Virus record (IMG/VR): IMGVR_UViG_3300017565_000023
Location: 1 to 54,055 of that record
Length of the DNA stretch: 54,055 nucleotides
Reading direction: 5' to 3' (one strand)
From: a virus
Taxonomy: Duplodnaviria; Caudoviricetes
Shown: one piece after another, positions 47,516-54,055 of the stretch
Numbering within the stretch: the first letter of the stretch is position 1
Layout of the letters: each line of letters begins with the position of its first letter
The notes under the pieces: generated by a model
The model's input: only the letters and a program-made list of their open reading frames with translations
Told to the model about the DNA's origin: nothing
Database searches by the model: none
Made by a program: the position numbers and the translations under genes

Positions 47516-48070
47516 ATGGCGCTGCTCCCGACCCAGCGCATACGCGCACTGGCCCAGCAGGGCATGATCACACCCTTCGATGAGCGTGGCCTGTCCAACG
47601 GCCGCACGTATGGGCTGGGGCCGGCGAGCTACGACCTGCGCCTCAAGGACACGACATGGGTATGGCCCGGCTGGGGACGGCTGGGCCGCACCATTGAACG
47701 CCTGAATATCCCGGATGACGTCGGCGCGCTGGTCAAGGCCAAGAGCACCAACGCCCGGGTGTTCATCAACGCCTCGCAGAGCACGTTCGTTGATCCGGGG
47801 TTCGCCGGCACGCTGGTGGTGGAGATGACCCGCCACCTGCCGTGGCCGGTGCGGATCAAGGCAGGCACGCCCATTGCGCAGCTGCTGTTCCTGCGCTGCG
47901 AGGAGCCCACCGAAATGCCCTACAGGGGCAAATACCAGAACCAGCCAGACGCCATCACCGGCGCCATCTTTGAAGACACGCTGACGGTTACCCAGCAGGT
48001 ATCCCTGAAGCTGTCCAAGGTGCTGCTCGCCGCGGCGCGCTGGCTCCGGTCAACCGGAGACAGGACATGA
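47516..48070 (+). CDS. dcd: dCTP deaminase
   Basis: GPASYDLRL, KSTNAR, VDPGFAGTLVVE, YRGKYQNQ; start MALLPTQRI at 47516. Confidence 0.88.
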   Translation: MALLPTQRIRALAQQGMITPFDERGLSNGRTYGLGPASYDLRLKDTTWVWPGWGRLGRTIERLNIPDDVGALVKAKSTNARVFINASQSTFVDPGFAGTLVVEMTRHLPWPVRIKAGTPIAQLLFLRCEEPTEMPYRGKYQNQPDAITGAIFEDTLTVTQQVSLKLSKVLLAAARWLRSTGDRT

Positions 48071-48540
48071 GCCAAGCCCCCTTGCCACCCGCCTATTCCA
48101 TGCCGACCGACAACGGCTATAACATCCTCGCCCGCTGGCTGGCCGCCGCCTATGAGCAGAGCCGCCATGGCAAGGGCGTGCAGCGCCACGGCAATGGCAA
48201 GCCGTTCACCGAGCAGCAGATCATCCGCAACAGCCGCGACACCGGCGGCATTGGCGCGCTGACGCAGGCCCACAAGAAAATCGAGGAAGCGCTGGGCATG
48301 ATGGCGCGCGGCGAGCATGACAAGGCGCTGCACGAGCTGAAGGGCGCCATGGTGTATGTCGCCGCCGGCTGCGACGGCATTGAGTGTGGCCGGCGCTGGA
48401 TCGCCGCCAGCTCTCCTGACGAGCCAGCCGTTTACCACGGCCCATTCCCACCGCCGGAGCAGGTTCCAACCCAGCACATGGTTGAGAACGCGCTACAGGC
48501 CGGCAGGGCGCGAAGTTTCGCCGCCGTCGACATCGACTGA
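48067..48540 (+). CDS. Conserved phage protein with GKGxxRH motif (possible all-alpha nucleotide hydrolase)
   Basis: GYNIL...AYEQSRHGKGVQRH...PFTEQ...QAHKKIEE; coupled to dcd. Confidence 0.6.
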   Translation: MSQAPLPPAYSMPTDNGYNILARWLAAAYEQSRHGKGVQRHGNGKPFTEQQIIRNSRDTGGIGALTQAHKKIEEALGMMARGEHDKALHELKGAMVYVAAGCDGIECGRRWIAASSPDEPAVYHGPFPPPEQVPTQHMVENALQAGRARSFAAVDID

Positions 48541-48546
48541 TCACAC

Positions 48547-48574
48547 AACCCCGCCCATCGGCGGGGTTTACTTC
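48547..48574 (+). terminator. Intrinsic terminator
   Basis: AACCCCGCC-catc-GGCGGGGTT followed by TACTT. Confidence 0.6.
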
Positions 48575-48593
48575 ATACCCCCCGGAGGTAACC

Positions 48594-49487
48594 ATGTCCG
48601 ACATCATGTCAGTGCTGCAGGCCAGCACGGTTCTGGCCCGCGTCGCCACCACGGCGCTGGGCGCATCGCGCACCGATCGCGGCGCCAGCGAGAAGGTGGC
48701 CAAGGACGCCAACGCCACCACTGGCAGCGCCCGCGTGCTGGTGTCCCGCATCGCCGGCTCCGAGCAATACCACCGCAACATCGTGGCCATCCAGCAGCGC
48801 GCCCGCGTTGTGCTGCATGACCTGACGACGCCGTTCCGCGACGATGGCTGGCGCATCCTGCCGAACCTGCGGTTCATGGACTTCATCCAGCGCTACGGCG
48901 CCGTCAAGAAAGAGTTCGACGCGGCCCGGCAGCGGATGATTGACGACGCCGACATCATCATGATGAAGGCCCAGACCAGCGTCGGCAACCTGCATGTCGA
49001 CAAGCTGACGCGCGAGGAGATCGAGCACGCCTACACGCTGTCGTTCGACGTGCAGGACTATCCCGCCGGCCAGTTCACCGGCCTGCCCGGCCCCGTCGTG
49101 TCATCCCTGCAGCGCGCCATGGACCGCAGCGCCGAGGTGGCGTGGACGGCGGCGAAGCGCGATGTGCTGGAGCGCCTGCTGGGCCCGGTCACCAGCTTCA
49201 TCATGCGCATGGAGGCATTCGAGGAGCGGAGCAAGACGCTCGCTGACGGCACGCCCACCAAGGCTGGCATTTTCCGCGACAGTGCTATCACGAATATCGC
49301 GGAGATCGTCCAGCTCGCCAAGGCGCTCAATATTGATGGCGACGCCCAGCTGACCGAGATCATTGACCATCTGGAGGAGTTCATCGGGGTCGACCCTGAC
49401 GACGTCCGCAACAACGCCGACGTCCGCAACATCCTCACCACCACGGCGCGCACCGCTGCCGACAACCTGAAGGAATGGATCAAGTGA
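48594..49487 (+). CDS. DUF3150-like protein
   Basis: TTPFRDDGWRILP...IFRDS...LNIDGDAQL...DDVRNNADVR pattern; co-occurs with MoxR and VWA genes. Confidence 0.65.
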   Translation: MSDIMSVLQASTVLARVATTALGASRTDRGASEKVAKDANATTGSARVLVSRIAGSEQYHRNIVAIQQRARVVLHDLTTPFRDDGWRILPNLRFMDFIQRYGAVKKEFDAARQRMIDDADIIMMKAQTSVGNLHVDKLTREEIEHAYTLSFDVQDYPAGQFTGLPGPVVSSLQRAMDRSAEVAWTAAKRDVLERLLGPVTSFIMRMEAFEERSKTLADGTPTKAGIFRDSAITNIAEIVQLAKALNIDGDAQLTEIIDHLEEFIGVDPDDVRNNADVRNILTTTARTAADNLKEWIK

Positions 49488-49687
49488 GCAACGCAAGCCC
49501 GGCATTCATCCTGCGCTTCGTGGACGGCCTGACCAAGAACGGCAGGCGCATGCTGACGGTGTGGAACGCACAGGACAACATCCTGTGTGTCGACCGTGAG
49601 CTGCATGACAGCCACGAACGCCTCGACCAGATCGTGATCACACGATCGTACCGTGACATCGGCGCGGGGGAACGCTTCCGCGCCTGA
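49484..49687 (+). CDS. Small hypothetical protein
   Basis: GTG start overlapping the upstream TGA. Confidence 0.5.
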   Translation: MSNASPAFILRFVDGLTKNGRRMLTVWNAQDNILCVDRELHDSHERLDQIVITRSYRDIGAGERFRA

Positions 49688-49716
49688 CCTACCCCGGAGG
49701 TAACAGGAGCAGCACC

Positions 49717-50415
49717 ATGGCCCGGTTCATACGCAAGGGCAACATGCCCCTTACCCAAAGGCGCGCAGCCGCTCTCCGTTCAGCAATTCTCCACTACATG
49801 CGCCTGTACCGATCCTACAACCAGCCGTTTGTCACGCTGACACATGAGGAAGTTGCAGAGTTGATATGGGGTGAGCATGGCCCGGCGTCCATTGCCATGG
49901 CTAAACATGCAAGTGATATACAGTATGGGGGCCTGACCAATAATATAGACGTCGGTGGTATAAGCCTGAATGTCACTGTGTATGTCGATGACAACCATAA
50001 AGTGGTTGCATCAGACACACAAATACTTGACACCGAGCGGGTGCTGGCGTCAGATAAGTTCACCAAACTGCTGGCTGACAACACACAACGTCTAGCCAAC
50101 CTCCATAATACAATGAAGCAGCTGCTGGACATGCCGGCCAACCTTGAAATGATCGCCCAAAGCCACGGCATGCCGTTCATCCGCCAGTACCTCCACAGCC
50201 TGCCGATGATCTTGGAGGAAGAAGGGTTTGCAATGCCCAGCATCGCCAAGTTCCGGCAGGTGGAGCCAAAGGACAGCTGGATACCAACGAACCTGAAGGA
50301 ACGGTGCGAGCTGCTGGATGAGGTGATCACCAAGGTGAAGCTGTTGAAAGGCACCGACCCGCATCCGTATATGTGTCAGAGATCGTCAACCATGATGCTG
50401 GATATAGGAACGTGA
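49717..50415 (+). CDS. Hypothetical protein (lower GC)
   Basis: 232 aa, AGGAG Shine-Dalgarno. Confidence 0.7.
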   Translation: MARFIRKGNMPLTQRRAAALRSAILHYMRLYRSYNQPFVTLTHEEVAELIWGEHGPASIAMAKHASDIQYGGLTNNIDVGGISLNVTVYVDDNHKVVASDTQILDTERVLASDKFTKLLADNTQRLANLHNTMKQLLDMPANLEMIAQSHGMPFIRQYLHSLPMILEEEGFAMPSIAKFRQVEPKDSWIPTNLKERCELLDEVITKVKLLKGTDPHPYMCQRSSTMMLDIGT

Positions 50416-50416
50416 C

Positions 50417-52288
50417 ATGGCCCCAAAGTACATCGTTGCCGACTTCGAGACATACTACGACACCGAATATTCATTGAAGCGCATGACGCCGGTTGAATAC
50501 ATCCTTGACCGGCGCTTTGAAATGAATGTCGTTGCCATATGTGAAGACGACAACGGGCCAGCGTTCACGTTGGAGCATGACGACTTCTGCCGTTACCTGA
50601 ATACCCTGCGGGGTAACCCGGTGGCGGTGCTGTCCCACAACGCCCTGTTTGACATGTGCATCCTGTCATACCGCTATGGCTGGACGCCGCCCCTGATGAT
50701 CGACACCATGGGCATGGCCCGGGCGCTGATCTATCCCCAGACTGGCAAGGTGTCGCTGGCGGCATGCGTGGAGTATTTTGGCGTCGGCAAGAAGGGCGGC
50801 TTTCTGGCCAATGTCCGGGGCCTGTACAAGGACCAGATCAAGGCGCGGGGCCTGTGGGAAGGTCATTGCAGGTATGCGATGGATGACGCCACACAGGAGC
50901 GCGACATCTTCAAGGCCATGCGCCCGCACTTCCCGCGCAGCGAATACGCCGTGATGGATCAGGTGCTGCGCTGCGCCGTGCAGCCATCGTTCGTGCTGGA
51001 TGCGCCGCTGCTGCATGAGCACTATGCTGACGTGGTGCGGGCCAAAGAGGAGCTGCTGCAGCGCACCGGGCTGACCGACCGCAAGGCGCTGATGTCCGAT
51101 GTCCGCTTTGCCGAGGTGCTGGAGGGGCTGGGCGTCGAGCCGCCTACCAAGGTGTCGCCGACGACGAACAAAACCATCTATGCATTCGCCAAGTCCGACA
51201 AGGACTTTGTCGACCTGATGGAGAACCACCCCAACCCGGACGTGCAGGCTGTCTGCGCCGCGCGCCTTGGCCACAAGAGCACCATTGAGGAGACGCGGAC
51301 CCAGCGGTTCATCAACATTTCCCGGCTGACGTGGGCCGACGGATCGTCCGGCGCCATGCCAATGCCGCTGCGCTATTCCGGCGCCCACACCCACCGCCTG
51401 TCCGGCGACTGGAAGCTGAACGTCCAGAACCTTGGTCGCGGCTCCAAGCTGCGGCATGCGCTGAAGGCCATGCCCGGCATGAAGGTGGTGGCCGTCGACG
51501 CCTCCCAGATCGAGGCGCGCATGAACGGCTGGTTCAGCGGCGAGGAGGAGCTGACGAACGCCTTCGCTGCCGGCGAGGACATCTACTCCCTGTTCGCCGG
51601 CGAGGCCATCTACGGTTACCCCGTGAGTAAGGCGACCCACAAGGATGAGCGCTTTGTGGGCAAGCAGTCCATTCTTGGGCTTGGCTATAACATGGGGGCG
51701 CCGAAGTTCCAGAACACGGTGCGTGTCGCATCCCGCAACGAGCTGAAGCGGGAGATGATCATCCCGGAGGAGGAGTGCCGGCGCATCGTGCAGGCATACC
51801 GGCGGCGCTATGCCAACATCACAGCCCGCTGGAAAACGCTCCAGCAACTGCTGCCGCAGATGGCCATGCAGGGCTTCCAGCACGAGATGGGGCCGGTCAG
51901 GTTCATCCACAACGCCATCGTGCTGCCCAACGGCATGCTGCTGCAGTATCATAACCTGCGGAACATGGGCGACGGGCAGTGGGCGTTCGATTTTGGCAAG
52001 CGCATCAAATACATCTACGGCGGCAAGATGCTGGAGAACATCATTCAGGCGCTTGCCCGCATCTGCACCATGGACGCTGCCGTGCGCGTCGCGCGGCGGT
52101 ATCATAACTACGGGGTGCGCCTTGCATCACAGGTGCATGACGAAATCATTTTCGTTGTGCCAGAATGGCTGGCCGAGGAGGTGAAGCTGGCCTGTATCGA
52201 GGAGATGCGCCGGCGCCCGTGGTGGGGGCCAGACATCCCGCTGGACGCCGAGGGGGCAACCGGCCTGACCTATGGGGACTGTAAATGA
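50417..52288 (+). CDS. DNA polymerase family A with 3'-5' exonuclease domain
   Basis: DFETYY, HNALFD, motif A DASQIEAR, motif B RFVGKQSILGLGY, ENIIQALAR, motif C VHDE. Confidence 0.95.
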   Translation: MAPKYIVADFETYYDTEYSLKRMTPVEYILDRRFEMNVVAICEDDNGPAFTLEHDDFCRYLNTLRGNPVAVLSHNALFDMCILSYRYGWTPPLMIDTMGMARALIYPQTGKVSLAACVEYFGVGKKGGFLANVRGLYKDQIKARGLWEGHCRYAMDDATQERDIFKAMRPHFPRSEYAVMDQVLRCAVQPSFVLDAPLLHEHYADVVRAKEELLQRTGLTDRKALMSDVRFAEVLEGLGVEPPTKVSPTTNKTIYAFAKSDKDFVDLMENHPNPDVQAVCAARLGHKSTIEETRTQRFINISRLTWADGSSGAMPMPLRYSGAHTHRLSGDWKLNVQNLGRGSKLRHALKAMPGMKVVAVDASQIEARMNGWFSGEEELTNAFAAGEDIYSLFAGEAIYGYPVSKATHKDERFVGKQSILGLGYNMGAPKFQNTVRVASRNELKREMIIPEEECRRIVQAYRRRYANITARWKTLQQLLPQMAMQGFQHEMGPVRFIHNAIVLPNGMLLQYHNLRNMGDGQWAFDFGKRIKYIYGGKMLENIIQALARICTMDAAVRVARRYHNYGVRLASQVHDEIIFVVPEWLAEEVKLACIEEMRRRPWWGPDIPLDAEGATGLTYGDCK

Positions 52289-52590
52289 CGGACAAGCTGG
52301 TTGAGGAGCTGGAGCGTTTGCTGCAGCTGGCCAAGGAAGACAAGATCGACGCCATCATGATCCACGCCGCCGTGAAGGAAGACCGCACGACGCCCGATGA
52401 CGTGCTGCCGCAATGGGGCGGGTTCACGTCAGTCATTTCCGGTAGCCCGTATGCGGTGCATTCGTTCATGCACCAGCTTGGCCCTGCGATGGTGCCATAC
52501 ATGCAGCACGTCGTGACTGACATCGACCGCAAGACGCACGGCCTGACCGAGCGCGCGCCACGCCCTACCAGCGGCGCATATTATAACTGA
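52285..52590 (+). CDS. Hypothetical protein
   Basis: 101 aa directly after the polymerase. Confidence 0.6.
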   Translation: MTDKLVEELERLLQLAKEDKIDAIMIHAAVKEDRTTPDDVLPQWGGFTSVISGSPYAVHSFMHQLGPAMVPYMQHVVTDIDRKTHGLTERAPRPTSGAYYN

Positions 52591-52610
52591 TTACCCACAT
52601 GGGTACTGTG

Positions 52611-52639
52611 TTGACACAGTAACAACCTGTATTTATGGT
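52611..52639 (+). promoter_or_regulatory. Sigma70-type promoter with an adjacent palindromic site (52592-52605)
   Basis: TTGACA-N17-TATGGT about 40 nt upstream of ATG 52680. Confidence 0.7.
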
Positions 52640-52679
52640 GTGTTGGCACCATAAATACACAGTCCGTCGAGGCAACTCC

Positions 52680-53405
52680 ATGTTCAAAATCACGACTGTC
52701 GATCACGGCAGCGGACAGGTCGTCATCAAGCCGTTCACATGGAGCTATTCCCGGCTGAAAAGTTTCGAGACCTGCCCGAAGCGCCATTGGCACGAGGACA
52801 TCGCCAAGGATGTCCCGCGCGACGCCAGCCCGGTGCTGGACAAGGGCAATGACGTTCACATCGCCATCGCCCGCTATCTCACCAAGGACATCCCGATCAA
52901 GGCCGGCGGCCATATCGAGGAACCCCTCGCTGCCGAGATGCGGCGCTGGTGCGACATGATCAAGGCCGTGCAGGTTGGCCAGCTCCACGTCGAGCAGAAG
53001 CTGGGCATGACCCGCGAGCTGAAGGGCTGCGCATTCTTCGCCAAGGACGTCTGGTATCGCGGCGTCTCGGACGTTACCCGCGTGGTAGGTCCGGTGGCCG
53101 CCGCCGTCGACTGGAAGACCGGCAAGGTGAAGGAAGACGGCACGCAGCTGGCCCTGATGGCCGCATGCATCATGGCCCATTACCCCGAGGTGCAGAAGGT
53201 CCGCACCGAGTTCGTCTGGCTGGAACATAACAAGTCCAGCCGCGCCGACTTTGCCCGCAGCGACATGACCACCCTGTGGGCGCACATGCTGCCGCGCATT
53301 GCCCAGCTGGAGACCGCCACCAAGAACAGCGAGTTCCCGGCCAAGCCCGGCGGGCTGTGCAAGGGCTGGTGCCCGGTCAAGCAATGCGCCCACTGGTCAC
53401 CCTGA
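52680..53405 (+). CDS. PD-(D/E)XK (Cas4/RecB-like) exonuclease
   Basis: WSYSRLKSFETCP, VEQKL, DWKTGK, QL, C-terminal LCKGWCPVKQC. Confidence 0.88.
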   Translation: MFKITTVDHGSGQVVIKPFTWSYSRLKSFETCPKRHWHEDIAKDVPRDASPVLDKGNDVHIAIARYLTKDIPIKAGGHIEEPLAAEMRRWCDMIKAVQVGQLHVEQKLGMTRELKGCAFFAKDVWYRGVSDVTRVVGPVAAAVDWKTGKVKEDGTQLALMAACIMAHYPEVQKVRTEFVWLEHNKSSRADFARSDMTTLWAHMLPRIAQLETATKNSEFPAKPGGLCKGWCPVKQCAHWSP

Positions 53406-53416
53406 AGGAACATCCC

Positions 53417-53977
53417 ATGCGCCCGTTCTATGAGGCATTCGTTGAAGCCATCCGGTTTATGTCAATGGTCGACCGGGGCGGCTCCCTGCAGATGCTGGAC
53501 AGCAACCGGCTCCGCGCTCACCTGCTGGAGAAGTTCACCCAAGCCATGGATTTTGGCGCTTACCTGCCGGTCGGCTCCGCGCAAATATACGTCTCCGATC
53601 AAACATTGCGGGAGCTTGAAAACGCGGTAATGGCGGCCGGCGCGCAGGTATCGCAAGCTGTCAACAACGCTGCTTCCAGCAAGTTTACTATGGCCGGTGC
53701 GACTTTTGTTGGGGCTGGCCGCTACTTCTTCATCGAGCAGCTATACCAGACCATGAGCGCCGCGAAGCTGGGCGACACCTACGCCGAGATTATGACTGCA
53801 CGCAACCCTGACGACACGGTTACCCTGCGGGTAGCGATGTCCCTGTCTCACCTTGGCTATGCAGGGGCGGAGAAGGCCGTGGTGAGCGAGCGCATCCCGA
53901 TGCCGACCATGTGGTCCGGCAGCAGTGAGCTGGCTGACCAGATCACCACGAAAATGCTGCTGTTGATGGGAAGGTGA
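53417..53977 (+). CDS. Hypothetical protein
   Basis: AAGGA Shine-Dalgarno before ATG 53417. Confidence 0.65.
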   Translation: MRPFYEAFVEAIRFMSMVDRGGSLQMLDSNRLRAHLLEKFTQAMDFGAYLPVGSAQIYVSDQTLRELENAVMAAGAQVSQAVNNAASSKFTMAGATFVGAGRYFFIEQLYQTMSAAKLGDTYAEIMTARNPDDTVTLRVAMSLSHLGYAGAEKAVVSERIPMPTMWSGSSELADQITTKMLLLMGR

Positions 53978-53978
53978 C

Positions 53979-54055
53979 ATGGCGACAACACCCGAGGGCA
54001 AGGTCAAGGCCGCTGTCAGGAAAGTGCTATCACGCCACCCGGTCCACGGCTGCTG
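53979..54055 (+). CDS. VRR-NUC-like nuclease (partial, N-terminus only)
   Basis: MATTPEGKVKAAVRKVL is a typical N-terminus of phage VRR-NUC proteins. Confidence 0.6.
   Translation, partial: MATTPEGKVKAAVRKVLSRHPVHGC

Larger units (their letters stand above)
185..53833. repeat. Dispersed palindromic site TACC-N5/6-GGTA, at least 43 exact copies
   Basis: TACC starts at 185, 1628, 4167, 6747, 9244, 10174, 12263, 13756, 14227, 15061, 15587, 18545, 20700, 21310, 23288, 24363, 26996, 29382, 32285, 33725, 34835, 36276, 36768, 37022, 37793, 38424, 38696, 39187, 40011, 40427, 41528, 42137, 42969, 43589, 45178, 45858, 47043, 47989, 49690, 50602, 52592, 53075, 53821. One N7 copy at 48576. Confidence 0.95.
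36654..54033 (+). repeat. Dispersed 10-mer GTGCTATCAC, 7 exact copies, all in + orientation
   Basis: Starts at 36654, 39533, 40824, 42943, 44715, 49282, 54024. Confidence 0.9.

Noticed and set aside
42985-48070. DNA hypermodification pathway (Nmad5 plus thymidylate synthase homologue)
   Set aside because: The synthase keeps the dUMP-specifying Asn (GVPFN) of canonical ThyA, and I see no glycosyltransferase, kinase or other modifying enzyme in the window. Nmad5 alone is insufficient evidence.
41897-53393. Long minus-strand ORFs over the replication operon (e.g. 45996-46967, 50666-52105)
   Set aside because: Antisense shadows of MoxR, ThyA, polymerase and nuclease genes.
185-53833. Identifying the palindrome as a LexA, NarL/NarP or CsrA site, or as just a Shine-Dalgarno
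   Set aside because: Alphaproteobacterial LexA is GTTC-N7-GTTC; NarL 7-2-7 sites would give TACC-N8-GGTA; many copies lack the GGA needed for CsrA; about half the copies are intragenic and far from starts.

Overview
This window is most of a GC-rich dsDNA tailed-phage genome with podovirus-type virion genes. The host is probably an Alphaproteobacterium (inferred from DUF1515-like and stand-alone DnaA-domain-IV-like genes and one CtrA-type box). The left part (1-26760, minus strand) is the virion and lysis module: portal, scaffold, major capsid, adaptors, tail fibres, GH108 endolysin with spanins, tail nozzle, GNAT, internal/ejection proteins and a >1800-aa polyvalent protein that runs off the window edge. 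Terminase genes are transcribed divergently from the portal (26838-29078, +). A leftward operon (HNH, DnaA_C-like HTH, exonuclease, ATP-dependent ligase, AlpA-like HTH) and a long rightward early/replication operon (MoxR AAA, Nmad5, VWA metallopeptidase, ThyA, dCTP deaminase, DUF3150-like, family A polymerase, PD-(D/E)XK, VRR-NUC) diverge from an AT-rich, repeat-laden non-coding region (about 33760-34850). I see no integrase, tRNA, CRISPR array or reverse transcriptase. Four observations stand out. (1) At least 43 copies of the palindrome TACC-N5/6-GGTA are spread through the whole genome, inside genes and on ribosome-binding sites and promoters. (2) A tandem array of about nine very divergent small paralogues has a conserved [RK]YP C-terminal motif that is often encoded by that same DNA site. 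(3) The thymidylate synthase carries an N-terminal R67/DfrB (type II DHFR)-like domain. (4) A second strand-specific 10-mer (GTGCTATCAC, 7 copies) and a duplicated structured hairpin lie in the early region. All protein-family calls come from motifs recognised by eye, not from database searches, and all counts are manual.
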